A model generated the notes under the pieces. That model had not been told where the DNA came from, did no database searches, and was given only the letters and a program-made list of their open reading frames with translations. From an uncultured Candidatus Saccharibacteria bacterium (GTDB lineage Bacteria; Patescibacteriota; Minisyncoccia; Phycocordibacterales; UBA9973), in NCBI GenBank assembly GCA_964482735.1, contig CAYZYV010000001.1, forward strand, positions 80,172 to 144,171: 64,000 nt of DNA, given 5' to 3'. Each line of letters begins with the position of its first letter. Within the stretch, counting starts at the first letter, position 1. Position numbers and translations under genes: made by a program. Positions 36,241-46,257 of this stretch are shown in pieces.

Positions 36241-36273
36241 CTAACCAAAACAGCTAAGGACGGAAGTCTGGTT
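36241..36273 (-). repeat. Degenerate duplicate of the tRNA-Ile 5' end plus 5' flank (decoy copy with a GTTTT D loop)
   Basis: CTAACCAAAACAGCTAAGGACGGAAGTCTGGTT at 36241-36273 versus CTAACCAGCTGAGCTAAGGACGGAAGTCTGGTT at 36169-36201. Same CAGC to GTTT substitution as in the tRNA-Met decoys. Confidence 0.6.
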
Positions 36274-36386
36274 AAAGACATATTAACCAAAAAAACAGTT
36301 ATTTGCAAATTTTACCGAACACAATTAAAGAAACAAGGCCTTGAACAGTTAATTATAAAAACCTTACTTTCGTAAGGTTTTTATAA

Positions 36387-38273
36387 TTAATCTTCTTTTT
36401 TCTTTGGGATTATTCCGTTGGCAATTAGAATATCGTTATATTCTTTTTGTTCTAGGGTCTCTACTTCAATAAGCTTCTTGGCTATCACATCTAGAACATT
36501 TCTCTTTTCTGTGATTACCGTTCTAGCCTTAGCGAAAGCGTCTTTCATTATCTTTGAAACTTCTTCATCAATAACAGCGCTAACCTTCTCTGAATATTCT
36601 TTATCATCTACGCCTTGTCCAAAGATCGTTCTTCCACCATCGCTTTCGAGAGCTATTGGACCAATATCATCACTCATCCCCCATCTTGTAACCATAGCTC
36701 TGGCTAAACTAGTTGAGACCTGAAGATCGTTTGATGGGCCTGTAGTAATATCACCAAAGACTTCTTGCTCTGCAACATAGCCTCCGAGAGACATAGCGAT
36801 ATCATCAAGGAATTCTCTCTTGCTTTGCAATTTCTTTTCTTCCAACGGAAGCTTTAGTGTGTAACCACCAGCATGCCCACGAGAAACAATAGAAATTTTA
36901 TGAACAGGGTCTGCATCAGGAAGACATGAAGCAACAAGTGCATGCCCTGCTTCATGATAAGCAACAATTTCTTTCTCTTTGCCAGTTAACAAGTGACTCT
37001 TTCTCTCTGGACCCATCATGACTTTTTCAATAGAACGAATAAGATCATATTGAGAAACCTTTTTCCTGTCTTCCCTTGCTGCAAGAATTGCCCCTTCGTT
37101 CATAATTGAATATAGGTCTGCTCCAGAAAATCCTGGTGTACGTTCAGCAATCACTTTGAGATCAACATCCTCAGCAAACGGCTTCTTTCTGGCGTGAATA
37201 TTTAAAATTTCTTCTCTATCTTCTCTGTCAGGTAAATCAAGCAAGACTCTTCTATCAAAACGTCCTGGGCGAAGAAGAGCAGGATCAAGAACGTCAGAAC
37301 GGTTTGTTGCCGCCATAACAATCACCTTTTCGTTAGGTTCGAAACCATCCATTTCTACGAGTATCTGGTTTAAAGTTTGTTCCCTTTCATCATTTCCTCC
37401 TCCTACACCAGTTCCTCTCACTCGTCCAACAGCATCTATTTCATCTATAAAAATTATTGATGGAGCAGCTCTTTTGGCCATTTTAAATAAATCTCGAACA
37501 CGTGATGCTCCAACCCCAACGAACATTTCAACGAATTCTGAGCCAGACAAATGGAAGAATGGGACTGAGGCTTCACCGGCAACCGCACGAGCTAAGAGTG
37601 TTTTACCTGTACCAGGAGCACCTGTAAGAATTACCCCCTTTGGTATACGAGCCCCAATGTCCAAAAATTTCTTTGGATTTTTCAAAAAGTCTACAATTTC
37701 TTTTAATTCTTCTTTTGCTTCCTTAACACCAGCAACATCCTTAAATGTGACTTTATTATTTTTATCATTTGGATCAGTAATACGAGCTTTTGATTGCCCA
37801 AAAGAGAATGCTTGCATACCCTGTCCTTTCGCTTGTCTTGTTAAGGTCCAAACAAAAAATGCTATCAAAAGAACTGGTAGGGCAAAAGGTAATATTGCCA
37901 ATAAGACATAACCAAAGCTTGACTGATTTTTAATTTCTATAGGAGTTGCAGAAATTGTTTCTCCTGTGATTCCATAGTTAGATAAAGTTTCAGATAAAGA
38001 ACTTTCAGTTTCTTTTTTTGCTTTACCTTTTGTTCCATCTTTAAAATTAATATTAATGTTTTCTCCAGAGATAACAATTTTTTCAACAGAACCGTCACTA
38101 ACACTTTTAGCAACATCTGAAATTGTTAAATTTTTAACTTCTTCTTTTTTCTCTGAAATTAATGTATAAGCCAAAGTAATACTAAAAAATATCAAAATCG
38201 CTATCGTAATTTGATTCATTAGCCCAGGAACCTTTGGTTTTAATTGTTTTTTATTATCTTTACTTGTATTCAT
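36387..38273 (-). CDS. ftsH: ATP-dependent zinc metalloprotease FtsH
   Basis: Two TM segments. AAA Walker [12 protein letters not shown], and the Zn site HEAGHAL. Confidence 0.9.
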   Translation of the reverse strand: MNTSKDNKKQLKPKVPGLMNQITIAILIFFSITLAYTLISEKKEEVKNLTISDVAKSVSDGSVEKIVISGENININFKDGTKGKAKKETESSLSETLSNYGITGETISATPIEIKNQSSFGYVLLAILPFALPVLLIAFFVWTLTRQAKGQGMQAFSFGQSKARITDPNDKNNKVTFKDVAGVKEAKEELKEIVDFLKNPKKFLDIGARIPKGVILTGAPGTGKTLLARAVAGEASVPFFHLSGSEFVEMFVGVGASRVRDLFKMAKRAAPSIIFIDEIDAVGRVRGTGVGGGNDEREQTLNQILVEMDGFEPNEKVIVMAATNRSDVLDPALLRPGRFDRRVLLDLPDREDREEILNIHARKKPFAEDVDLKVIAERTPGFSGADLYSIMNEGAILAAREDRKKVSQYDLIRSIEKVMMGPERKSHLLTGKEKEIVAYHEAGHALVASCLPDADPVHKISIVSRGHAGGYTLKLPLEEKKLQSKREFLDDIAMSLGGYVAEQEVFGDITTGPSNDLQVSTSLARAMVTRWGMSDDIGPIALESDGGRTIFGQGVDDKEYSEKVSAVIDEEVSKIMKDAFAKARTVITEKRNVLDVIAKKLIEVETLEQKEYNDILIANGIIPKKKED

Positions 38274-38358
38274 AAGTAGTATGATTATACCCCAAAAACT
38301 AAATAGTTAAAACAATTCCACCCCTAAGAAAAGTATCTTAGGGGTGTATGTTTAGACG

Positions 38359-38739
38359 TTATTTCTTCTGACGGAAATGTTTTGCAAGGCCTTTCCCTTT
38401 GTTTGCTTTTGCCAAAGGATTAGGCCATGGATTCCAATCTGAATAGAAATAAGTAGGTGGTTTTCTTTTCTCGTCAAAGAGAATGAAATCTTTTTGATGA
38501 AAAAAATTCTTCTTTTCTTTCGGACGAATCGGAGGTTCTGCGTCTTTATGGCTTGTAAGCACACAAAGTTTTAAGTCTTCAAGAAACAAAGGTCTGTACT
38601 CCAAAGAACTCGTGTGGAACCTCTCGTTTCTTTTTTCTAGGTAGGCTTTATGGGCCTCCATAATTTCTCCTATACTAATAGGAGAAACTGTGTCTATTTC
38701 TATCGAAACGACACAAATAAGAACAACTATTAAACTCAC
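38359..38739 (-). CDS. Hypothetical protein (126 aa)
   Basis: ORF only, no motif recognised. An alternative overlapping ORF at 38352-38564 is less likely. Confidence 0.3.
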   Translation of the reverse strand: MSLIVVLICVVSIEIDTVSPISIGEIMEAHKAYLEKRNERFHTSSLEYRPLFLEDLKLCVLTSHKDAEPPIRPKEKKNFFHQKDFILFDEKRKPPTYFYSDWNPWPNPLAKANKGKGLAKHFRQKK

Positions 38740-38855
38740 GGTCTAAGCTTTAATTATTTACCCCCATATATACCACAAAAGAAGTTAAATTCAAAACATC
38801 TAAAAGTCTCTAGGAGTCTATTTGAAAATAATCTATTTGCTGATAACATATAAGT

Positions 38856-39299
38856 ATGGCGATATTTTTGGACAACAGAAAAGCTCACTTCAACTACTCT
38901 ATAGAGGATACTTTTGAGGCAGGGATAGAATTGCTTGGTTTTGAAGTGAAATCAATTAAAAAAGGTCAGGGTAATCTAAACTCGGCTTTTTGTATCGTAA
39001 GAGGTGGAGAGGCTTATATAATAGGACTCCACGTTCCACCATATCAGCCAAACAATACTGACACAACTTATGACCCAGACAGAACCAGAAAGCTCTTGCT
39101 ATCAAAAAAAGAAATTAAGAAACTAGCCGACAAGGATGACATTAAAGGTTTGACTCTAGTCCCCCTTTCAATGTATAGTAAGGGTCCATACATCAAAGTC
39201 TCTGTAGCGGTTGCTCGTGGTAAAAAAGTTTTTGATAAAAGGGAAACAATTAAAAACCGTGACTTGGACAGAGAAATGGCTAGAGAGTATAAAAGATAG
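38856..39299 (+). CDS. smpB: SsrA-binding protein
   Basis: 147 aa. NRKAHFNYSIEDTFEAGIELLGFEVKSIK and the C-terminal basic tail match SmpB. tmRNA follows 16 nt downstream. Confidence 0.9.
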   Translation: MAIFLDNRKAHFNYSIEDTFEAGIELLGFEVKSIKKGQGNLNSAFCIVRGGEAYIIGLHVPPYQPNNTDTTYDPDRTRKLLLSKKEIKKLADKDDIKGLTLVPLSMYSKGPYIKVSVAVARGKKVFDKRETIKNRDLDREMAREYKR

Positions 39300-39315
39300 T
39301 TCGTTGAAAAATTTT

Positions 39316-39704
39316 GGGGATGATCGGCTTCGACAAGTGGAATCATCTTATATATGCATGTAAAGTACTCAGGAATCTTTTGAAACTTCCTGAAAAAGAC
39401 TAAGTGCAAACAAAGTCGCAAAGGTTGCATCACCCTATGCTTCGGCATTCGGTAATCCAGCTTTCGCTTTCGCCTAAACGGCCAGAGCGATGTCTGCTCT
39501 TTTGACACCCGATATAAAGAGTAGGCATCATTCATCGGGTTAAGGTTTTGCAGGTGCTTGTCGCAAAATCTGACAAGTTAAAGCTCGATATTTATCTTTT
39601 TTGTGTGTTCTCTAGGATAAATATTTAAAACCAATGAACACAATAAACATGTAGATTTATTTAGGAGTTTCATTTGCACGCGGGTTCGATTCCCGCCATC
39701 TCCA
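39316..39704 (+). ncRNA. ssrA: tmRNA (ssrA)
   Basis: 5' end GGGGATGATCGGCTTCGAC and 3' end GCGGGTTCGATTCCCGCCATCTCCA form a tRNA-Ala-like acceptor/T arm with the G3:U70 wobble. Resume codon GCA at 39406 opens the tag ORF ANKVAKVASPYASAFGNPAFAFA, with stop TAA at 39475-39477. Confidence 0.8.
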
Positions 39705-39711
39705 CACGTTG

Positions 39712-39748
39712 AAAAAAGAGTCCGTCGCAAGACGGCCTTTTTTCTTGT
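39712..39748 (+). terminator. Terminator after tmRNA
   Basis: CCGTC-GCAA-GACGG followed by CCTTTTTTC. Confidence 0.5.
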
Positions 39749-39751
39749 GTG

Positions 39752-40068
39752 GAGATGAGCGAGCAAACTGCTTTGCTCGCGTGCGGGAATCGAAAGGCTT
39801 TTCCGTACGAACGAAGTGAGGTGGAAAAGCACCCGCGACCGTAGGGCGAGATTCCCGTTTCAATGATGGCGGGAATCGAACCGAGCTCCGACAAAGTCCG
39901 CGAAGCGGCCGGAGCGAGTGGGGGTCGAGCGAGTGAGATATTTTATGAGTGGTAACGAAATAAAATATCCACGAGAGTGACCGATGAACCTATTCTGCTT
40001 TGCTCGCGTGCGGGAATCGAAAGGCTTTTCCGTACGAACGAAGTGAGGTGGAAAAGCACCCGCGACCG
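39752..40068. repeat. Repeat-dense non-coding block downstream of tmRNA
   Basis: Holds inverted copies of the tmRNA 3' end (39752-39762, 39873-39893) and a 9-bp hairpin GCGAGCAAA-CTGC-TTTGCTCGC. It also holds a 73-bp exact direct repeat at 39772-39842 and 39998-40068, plus hairpin element copy B (39911-39985). Confidence 0.65.
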
Positions 40069-40155
40069 TTTAATATTACATAATGGCTGGGATAGAGCTG
40101 GGGAGCTCAAATTGTGTCTATAGGGAGAGAATTAATTATTTAATTCTCTCTTTTT

Positions 40156-41919
40156 TTATTTCACCAATTTCTCTAATTTTTTAATATCTTCCTCAATTGC
40201 TTTAATTCCATTTTCAAAAAACTTAGGATTTCTTATGTTTATACCTATATCTCCAAAAATATCTTCAGGACTTTTACTACCTCCAGCTTTTAGAAATTGT
40301 TCTATTTTGTCTTTAAAATTTTTATCTTTCTTGTATTCATAATACAAAGCATTACTTATAAGACAACCATAAGCATACGAATAGACATAAAAGAATGTCC
40401 GGATATGCCTCCACGATACAAAGAAGTAACCATCTTCGTCAGTAAGATCAAACAAAGGGCCCAGATAATTTTTCATATGCTTATTCATTATTTTGGCGAT
40501 ATCTTCTTTTGTGCAATAACCATCTTTTCTAATCGTTTCGTGCAATTCTTTCTCAAAATTAAAACAAGCTATTTGTCTAAAGATCGTAGCAATACCATCA
40601 TTTATCCTATTGTGTAGGGCAACTATTTTTTCCTTATCAGAAAGTTTTTCATATATTTCTTCAAAAACAAAATTTTCAAACAAAGTACTGGCAGTTTCTG
40701 CGACAGATATTGTGTAATCAGCATAAATAGCAGGTTGTGTATGGGCCATCTCTGTATGGATGGCATGCCCCATTTCATGTCCTATAGTTAAAACAGAATT
40801 ATAGTTGTCTGCATGATTTAGCAAGACAAAAGTTGGCAAACCATACCCTCCCCAACAGTAAGCTCCTCCCCTTTTCCCTTTTTTAGGATAAACATCTATT
40901 TGCCCATTCTTTAAATAATTGGTAAAAATTTCCAAGTATTTTTCATCAATTTTTTTATATGTATCTGAAAGTAGTTTAACTGTTTCTTCAAAGGAAAAGT
41001 TTTTATTAATTGTTCCGACAGAAGCAGACCTGTCGGCATAGGTTAATCTTTTTTCTTTTAACAACTTAGCTTTTATTTTGTAAAAACGGTGAGCCACTTT
41101 AAAATTATCAGTTACTACCTTTACTAAATTCTCAACGACAGCCTCATCGTTCTCATAACTTTTAACAGTGGCCTGATAAGGCGTTTTAAATCCCCTTAAT
41201 TCATCAGATATTTTCTTCGTGGTATAAACAGCATTAATTTCTGCTTCGCTAAAGTCAGACGCTTCCATTAGTTTTTTATTAATCAAACTATTTAAAGACC
41301 TCCTATCCTTTGTTTTAAGATTAGACAGTATTCCAGAAGCTTTGCTTATAGGAATTAATTCATTTTTAAATTTTATTTCCTGTTTGCTTAAAACCTTGTC
41401 CACACCTTCTGTCCACATTGAAGTCGAAGGGGTGCTTAATAAATTAATCATCTTTTCTTCTGCTTCAGAAAGTGAATACCTTGACTCTTCAAAAACTTTT
41501 TTTAAGAAGTAGTGATATTTGCTAAGAGATTTATCTTTTAAAAACATTCTTTGATCTTTAATATCTATTTTACCCAAAGCCAAAACAAAAAATAAAGTTC
41601 TGTTGCTTATTTTATTTAACCTTTCTTGATATAAATTAATTTTTGCACTTAAAATTTTGTTATCTGAATCAATATCTTTTCTTAAATGAAAATAAAAATA
41701 AGGTTTAGCAAAACGAGGTGTAGTGTTTAATTTTTCATAATCCTTACAAGCCTGTAGTAGACTATTTGGATTAGTAGTATAACTAAAATTATTACGATAT
41801 TTTTTTTCAAAAGATATCGCCTCTTTCTCAAAATCATTAAAATCCTTTTCTATCTGTGGATCATTGTCGTTTTTATAAAAAAGCTTAAAATTCCAGTTTG
41901 TCTTGATATTATTCTTCAT
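40156..41919 (-). CDS. pepF: Oligoendopeptidase F (M3 family)
   Basis: 587 aa. HEMGHAIH zinc motif and the downstream Glu in the M3B arrangement. Confidence 0.85.
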   Translation of the reverse strand: MKNNIKTNWNFKLFYKNDNDPQIEKDFNDFEKEAISFEKKYRNNFSYTTNPNSLLQACKDYEKLNTTPRFAKPYFYFHLRKDIDSDNKILSAKINLYQERLNKISNRTLFFVLALGKIDIKDQRMFLKDKSLSKYHYFLKKVFEESRYSLSEAEEKMINLLSTPSTSMWTEGVDKVLSKQEIKFKNELIPISKASGILSNLKTKDRRSLNSLINKKLMEASDFSEAEINAVYTTKKISDELRGFKTPYQATVKSYENDEAVVENLVKVVTDNFKVAHRFYKIKAKLLKEKRLTYADRSASVGTINKNFSFEETVKLLSDTYKKIDEKYLEIFTNYLKNGQIDVYPKKGKRGGAYCWGGYGLPTFVLLNHADNYNSVLTIGHEMGHAIHTEMAHTQPAIYADYTISVAETASTLFENFVFEEIYEKLSDKEKIVALHNRINDGIATIFRQIACFNFEKELHETIRKDGYCTKEDIAKIMNKHMKNYLGPLFDLTDEDGYFFVSWRHIRTFFYVYSYAYGCLISNALYYEYKKDKNFKDKIEQFLKAGGSKSPEDIFGDIGINIRNPKFFENGIKAIEEDIKKLEKLVK

Positions 41920-41952
41920 AAATATAATAATATCATATTTTTCTTTCTTTGT

Positions 41953-42480
41953 TTGACTTCGTTGTTTTTGAGAGATAATATGATATTAAACAGTTTAAAT
42001 AGAAAGATTATGGAGATAAACCTTGACGACATAAGGACTTTTAAGGGGCCTTATGAGGAAATTCCAGACATTGATCCTATAGGACTACAAGTATACAACT
42101 TGATATTCTTGGGAGAGATGAATCTGGTAGAAAAAATATCTTATACTTTATATGTCAGATGTACAAAGGAAGCAGAGGAAATTTACAAAAGTTTATCTGG
42201 GGGTCAAGAGATGGACGAGGTGGCAAATCTAGACGAAAAGTTGTTCGAAATTTTCACTCGTGGAAATAAGAAAGAAAAACGTGAAACTGATAGGATTGCA
42301 ACTGCCTTAGAAAAAGCAGACTCGTGGTATTCATTTTTTTCGTCCCAGGTAAGACAAAGATTTTTCTTACCACCACACAGAGGACTTTTCTATTTGCCAG
42401 GGTACTTAATTTTATCTTTCTCTTCTACTAGAGAACAAGGGATTGATATTTTTTCTAATCGTAAAGAGTTTTTGGTTTAA
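41953..42480 (+). CDS. Hypothetical protein (175 aa)
   Basis: ORF followed by terminator AAACCGCC-N10-GGCGGTTTTTTT at 42481-42515. No motif recognised. Confidence 0.35.
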   Translation: MTSLFLRDNMILNSLNRKIMEINLDDIRTFKGPYEEIPDIDPIGLQVYNLIFLGEMNLVEKISYTLYVRCTKEAEEIYKSLSGGQEMDEVANLDEKLFEIFTRGNKKEKRETDRIATALEKADSWYSFFSSQVRQRFFLPPHRGLFYLPGYLILSFSSTREQGIDIFSNRKEFLV

Positions 42481-42585
42481 GAAACCGCCTACAATTCTCG
42501 GCGGTTTTTTTATTTTTAAATTGTTTGACACTCCACATTAACTGGTTTAAGATATAAGCAAAACCAAATTAAAAACAATATAATC

Positions 42586-42912
42586 ATGGACGAAAAAGAC
42601 GAAGAAGATATATCTAAGAATTGCTTAGGTATCTTCAAGAAAGTAGGATTTGTCTTTTCTACCCCAGAAGGAGTTATTCCTGATTTAGGGGAAATAAAGG
42701 ATGGGCGCATAGTGATCCGTGGAAGGATAGAGGTTTCAGCAAAAGATAACAACAATTTTGTTCTTTCTTTTGTCAAAAAAAACCAAAACAAGGAAATCCG
42801 AGATCTAGACAGGAGCCCTGATCTAGAGTTATACGAGGACTGCGGACTCTTTGGATATCACTACGCAATAGTAGTTCCTAGAAACCAAATTACCCTGGCC
42901 AGAATGGCCTAG
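42586..42912 (+). CDS. Hypothetical protein (108 aa)
   Basis: ORF followed by a bidirectional terminator at 42920-42965. Confidence 0.35.
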   Translation: MDEKDEEDISKNCLGIFKKVGFVFSTPEGVIPDLGEIKDGRIVIRGRIEVSAKDNNNFVLSFVKKNQNKEIRDLDRSPDLELYEDCGLFGYHYAIVVPRNQITLARMA

Positions 42913-42979
42913 AGCTGTATATAAAAAGACCTGTTTTGCTTAAGGCAAGACAGGTCATTTTTATTTCGAACCCAGTATA

Positions 42980-43243
42980 TTACATTTGTGGTTCTGTTGG
43001 TGTTTGAGCTGGGGTTACTGGAGCTTCTTTGGTTTCTACTTTTTTATCACACTTTTTGCATGAAAAAAGAGAGAAAATGCTATAGATTGCAGATATTCCA
43101 ACTAGAATATATATTATCCTAGAAACAAGTGCACCCTGCCCTCCGAAGATAGAACCAACATCAACTCCAAATAATCCTACTAGAAGCCAGTTAAGACCTC
43201 CGATTATTAGAAGCACAAAAGTTATTAAGCCTAAATCTTTCAT
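42980..43243 (-). CDS. DUF378-family small membrane protein
   Basis: GGLNWLLVGLFGVDVGSIFGG matches the DUF378 GLNWGLVG signature. Two TM helices. Confidence 0.6.
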   Translation of the reverse strand: MKDLGLITFVLLIIGGLNWLLVGLFGVDVGSIFGGQGALVSRIIYILVGISAIYSIFSLFSCKKCDKKVETKEAPVTPAQTPTEPQM

Positions 43244-43422
43244 TTTTTTAAAAATAATAGTTATTATAATAAATATCGACTCATTTTTACTAATACATAT
43301 ATTATACCAAACAATCTATTTTATTAACAATCAAGCCCCTAAAACCCATTTGCTATATTCCATCAAATATGCTAGTATTTGGCTTAGGTAGGTAATCTAT
43401 TTATTTCTATCGGAATTATAAA

Positions 43423-43932
43423 TTGAGAGAACGAATCAACAATCAAATAAGAGCAAGTGAGGTCAGAGTGATCTCAAATGAAGGAGTCAATCTAGGCGTT
43501 TTTAGTATTAAAGAAGCTCTAGAAAAAGCTGTTTCTGCTGGTTTTGATTTGATTGAAGTCTCTCCCAACACTAATCCCCCAATAGTAAAAATAGCAGATT
43601 ACGGTAAGTACAAATACGAACAAAAAAAGAAACTGCAGAAATCTAAAGCTGGCGCTAAAACAACCGAAACCAAGTCAATTCAAATAAAGATTGGTACAGG
43701 TGATAATGATTTAGCTCTCAAGGCCAGAAAGGCTTCTCTTTGGCTTAAAGAAGGACATCGTATAAAAGTAGAACTATTTGTTTCCGGTCGTTCTAAATTT
43801 ATGCAAGAATCATTCTTAAAAGAGAGATTGGACAGAGTACTTCACTTAATTACCGAAAACTTTAAAATAGCAGAGGATTATAAAAGGGGTCCAAAAGGTC
43901 CAACAATTACAATAGAAAAAGATAATAAATAA
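43423..43932 (+). CDS. infC: Translation initiation factor IF-3
   Basis: INNQIRASEVRVISNEGVNLGVFSIKEALEKAVSAGFDLIEVSP... matches IF3 N- and C-domains. The true start may be a non-ATG codon upstream. Confidence 0.85.
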   Translation: MRERINNQIRASEVRVISNEGVNLGVFSIKEALEKAVSAGFDLIEVSPNTNPPIVKIADYGKYKYEQKKKLQKSKAGAKTTETKSIQIKIGTGDNDLALKARKASLWLKEGHRIKVELFVSGRSKFMQESFLKERLDRVLHLITENFKIAEDYKRGPKGPTITIEKDNK

Positions 43933-43937
43933 GTTTT

Positions 43938-44129
43938 ATGTCTATCAAAACAAACAAATCACTAACCAAGAGACTAAAGGTTACCAAAAACGGTAAGGTT
44001 TTATCTAGGGCTCCTGGGTTTAACCATTTTAATGCTAAGCAATCAAGAAAAAAACAACTTAACGGTCGCAAATCTGTAGAAAAGAAGTTTTCTAACAAAA
44101 TCAAGAGAACTTATTTACCAAACGCTTAA
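43938..44129 (+). CDS. rpmI: 50S ribosomal protein L35
   Basis: 63 aa, KTNKSLTKRLKVTKNGKVLSRAPG. infC-rpmI-rplT synteny. Confidence 0.85.
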   Translation: MSIKTNKSLTKRLKVTKNGKVLSRAPGFNHFNAKQSRKKQLNGRKSVEKKFSNKIKRTYLPNA

Positions 44130-44149
44130 TAATAAATTAATAAAATACC

Positions 44150-44491
44150 ATGACAAGAGTTAAAGTAGGAGTAATAAAAAACAAGCGAAGAAAGAACATC
44201 TTATCACAAGCAAAAGGATTTCGTTTTGGTCGTAGCAAGAAAGTTATTCAAGCTAAAGATGCATTGTTGCACGCTGGTAGCCACGCCTTTGCACACCGAA
44301 AAGATAAAAAAGCTGATGCAAGAAGACTTTGGACAACTAGAATCAACGCTGCTCTAAGACCCCTAAACATATCTTACAGTAAATTCATTGACGGTCTTAA
44401 GAAAAAGAACAGTATCATTGACCGAAAAATACTTTCTGACCTAGCAAAAAACAATCCCGAAACTTTCGAAAGAATAGTAAAGAGTATTTAA
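44150..44491 (+). CDS. rplT: 50S ribosomal protein L20
   Basis: MTRVKVGVIKNKRRKNILSQAKGFRFGRSK...RRLWTTRINAA matches L20. Confidence 0.9.
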   Translation: MTRVKVGVIKNKRRKNILSQAKGFRFGRSKKVIQAKDALLHAGSHAFAHRKDKKADARRLWTTRINAALRPLNISYSKFIDGLKKKNSIIDRKILSDLAKNNPETFERIVKSI

Positions 44492-44541
44492 AAAAAATAA
44501 AAACCCTTCAACACAAATCGAAGGGTTTTTATTTTTTTAAA

Positions 44542-45963
44542 TTAACATTCAAGATAGACAGTCTCCCCTGCAACAGGGGCTCTAGCCTTTACACCAAGAG
44601 AATCATTAATCCTCTGTGCAAGAAACATGGCTGATTTCGGTTCTCCCATCACTGCATAAACCTTTTCTAGGGTTTTAGAATTTTCTTCTACAAAAGATAA
44701 CAGTCTATCAGAATCTTTATGTCCAGAATATCCATCTATAAAAACAACTCCAGCCTTTACCTTCACTTCCGCTCCCATTATGCGTATCTTTTTAGCTCCA
44801 TCTTGGATAGTTCTTCCAAGAGTCCCCATTGTTTGATAACCAGTAAGCAAGAGGGTGTTTTTCCGATCTGGAAGATAGTTTCTTTCGTGATGCAAAATTC
44901 TTCCACCGTTAGACATTCCACTACCAGCTATCACTATCTTAGGTGGAGGTACTTCTAAAATCCCCTTTGACTCTTCAGTTTCTGGTGTTTTTCTTAAACC
45001 TGGAAAATCAAAAAGTTGATCACCTGAAGCAATTAATTTTTTGGCAGTTTCATTGAAATAGTCTCCGTACTTTAAGTAGATATTAGTTAACTTAATAGAA
45101 AGCGGTGAATCCAAATAAATAGGCATTTGAGGGACTATTTTATTCTCGACTAGAGAGTTTATTTCATATAACAGTTCTTGTGTTCGTTCCAAAGAAAAAG
45201 TTGGGATAATTAATGTTCCACCTTTTTTATAATTATCTTTGATAATTTTTTCAAGTTTGTGTTTTCTTTCTGTTCTTTCTTCGTGATTTCGATCACCATA
45301 AACAGATTCCATAATTAGATAGTTAACATCTTTCAAAACTTCTGTATCTGGCAAAAGAGGAGATGGAGAATTCCCAAGGTCTCCTGTAAAAACTATTTTT
45401 TTATCATTATAAACAAGCTCTAGCATACCTGATCCTAGTATGTGCCCAGCATCTCTAAAAACAAATTTAAAACCATGGTCAACATTAATCTCTTGTCCAT
45501 ATTTAACTGTCTCCCAAAGTTCAAAAGCCCTGTCTACATTCTTGTGAGTAAATATATCTTCAATAATAGGATCCTCATCTCTCAATAGTAACTGAGCGGT
45601 ATCGGACAACATTTCTCTTGTAATAAATTTAGTAGGTTCTACAGAGATTATTTTACCCTTAAAACCTTCATGAATAAGCTTGGGAATACGTCCAATATGA
45701 TCAACATGGCTGTGGGTTACAAATAAAATATCAATCTCACTGGCATCGTATGGAAATTTTGTCCAGTTTAATTCATCAATAAATTTTTCCCCCTGAATTA
45801 ATCCACAATCAATCAAAAATTTCTTACCATTCCCTTCTAAAAGAAAATTAGCCCCAGTAACTGTTCCCGCTCCAGAGCAAAACGTTAGCTTTAGATTTTT
45901 ATCTTTTTCCATTCCTCTATTATACACAATCGTGTTAAAAAAATGAAATAAAAAATCCCCCAC
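44542..45963 (-). CDS. Beta-CASP family metallo-beta-lactamase-fold ribonuclease (RNase J-like)
   Basis: HSHVDHIGRIP (HxHxDH) motif, then beta-CASP motifs and C-terminal H. Confidence 0.7.
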   Translation of the reverse strand: MGDFLFHFFNTIVYNRGMEKDKNLKLTFCSGAGTVTGANFLLEGNGKKFLIDCGLIQGEKFIDELNWTKFPYDASEIDILFVTHSHVDHIGRIPKLIHEGFKGKIISVEPTKFITREMLSDTAQLLLRDEDPIIEDIFTHKNVDRAFELWETVKYGQEINVDHGFKFVFRDAGHILGSGMLELVYNDKKIVFTGDLGNSPSPLLPDTEVLKDVNYLIMESVYGDRNHEERTERKHKLEKIIKDNYKKGGTLIIPTFSLERTQELLYEINSLVENKIVPQMPIYLDSPLSIKLTNIYLKYGDYFNETAKKLIASGDQLFDFPGLRKTPETEESKGILEVPPPKIVIAGSGMSNGGRILHHERNYLPDRKNTLLLTGYQTMGTLGRTIQDGAKKIRIMGAEVKVKAGVVFIDGYSGHKDSDRLLSFVEENSKTLEKVYAVMGEPKSAMFLAQRINDSLGVKARAPVAGETVYLEC

Positions 45964-46257
45964 AAGATAATGTTTTTGAGCAAAAATCTTATGGGGAATT
46001 CCTTATTAGGACTATCAAATAATGTATTACCCTAGCTCTTACGCTAGGTGGGAATAGGAGTGATACGAATTTGTTAACATTAATACGTCACAGCATCGCA
46101 TAACCACCGGACATCCCATTTTAAATTGTTCTAGGTAATACACCTTGAATAATCCTATCTAAAGTATACTCCAAGCCTAGTTATCTGCAAGACTATTTTA
46201 TCAAAACATCACGTTTTTGATACAAATTCAAATAAAATTTTGAACGAAGATTATAAG

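Noticed and set aside
39068-39894. Four minus-strand ORFs (39068-39535, 39578-39832, 39657-39863, 39670-39894)
   Set aside because: They overlap the tmRNA gene and the inverted and direct repeat block that follows. They are antisense to a confidently identified RNA.
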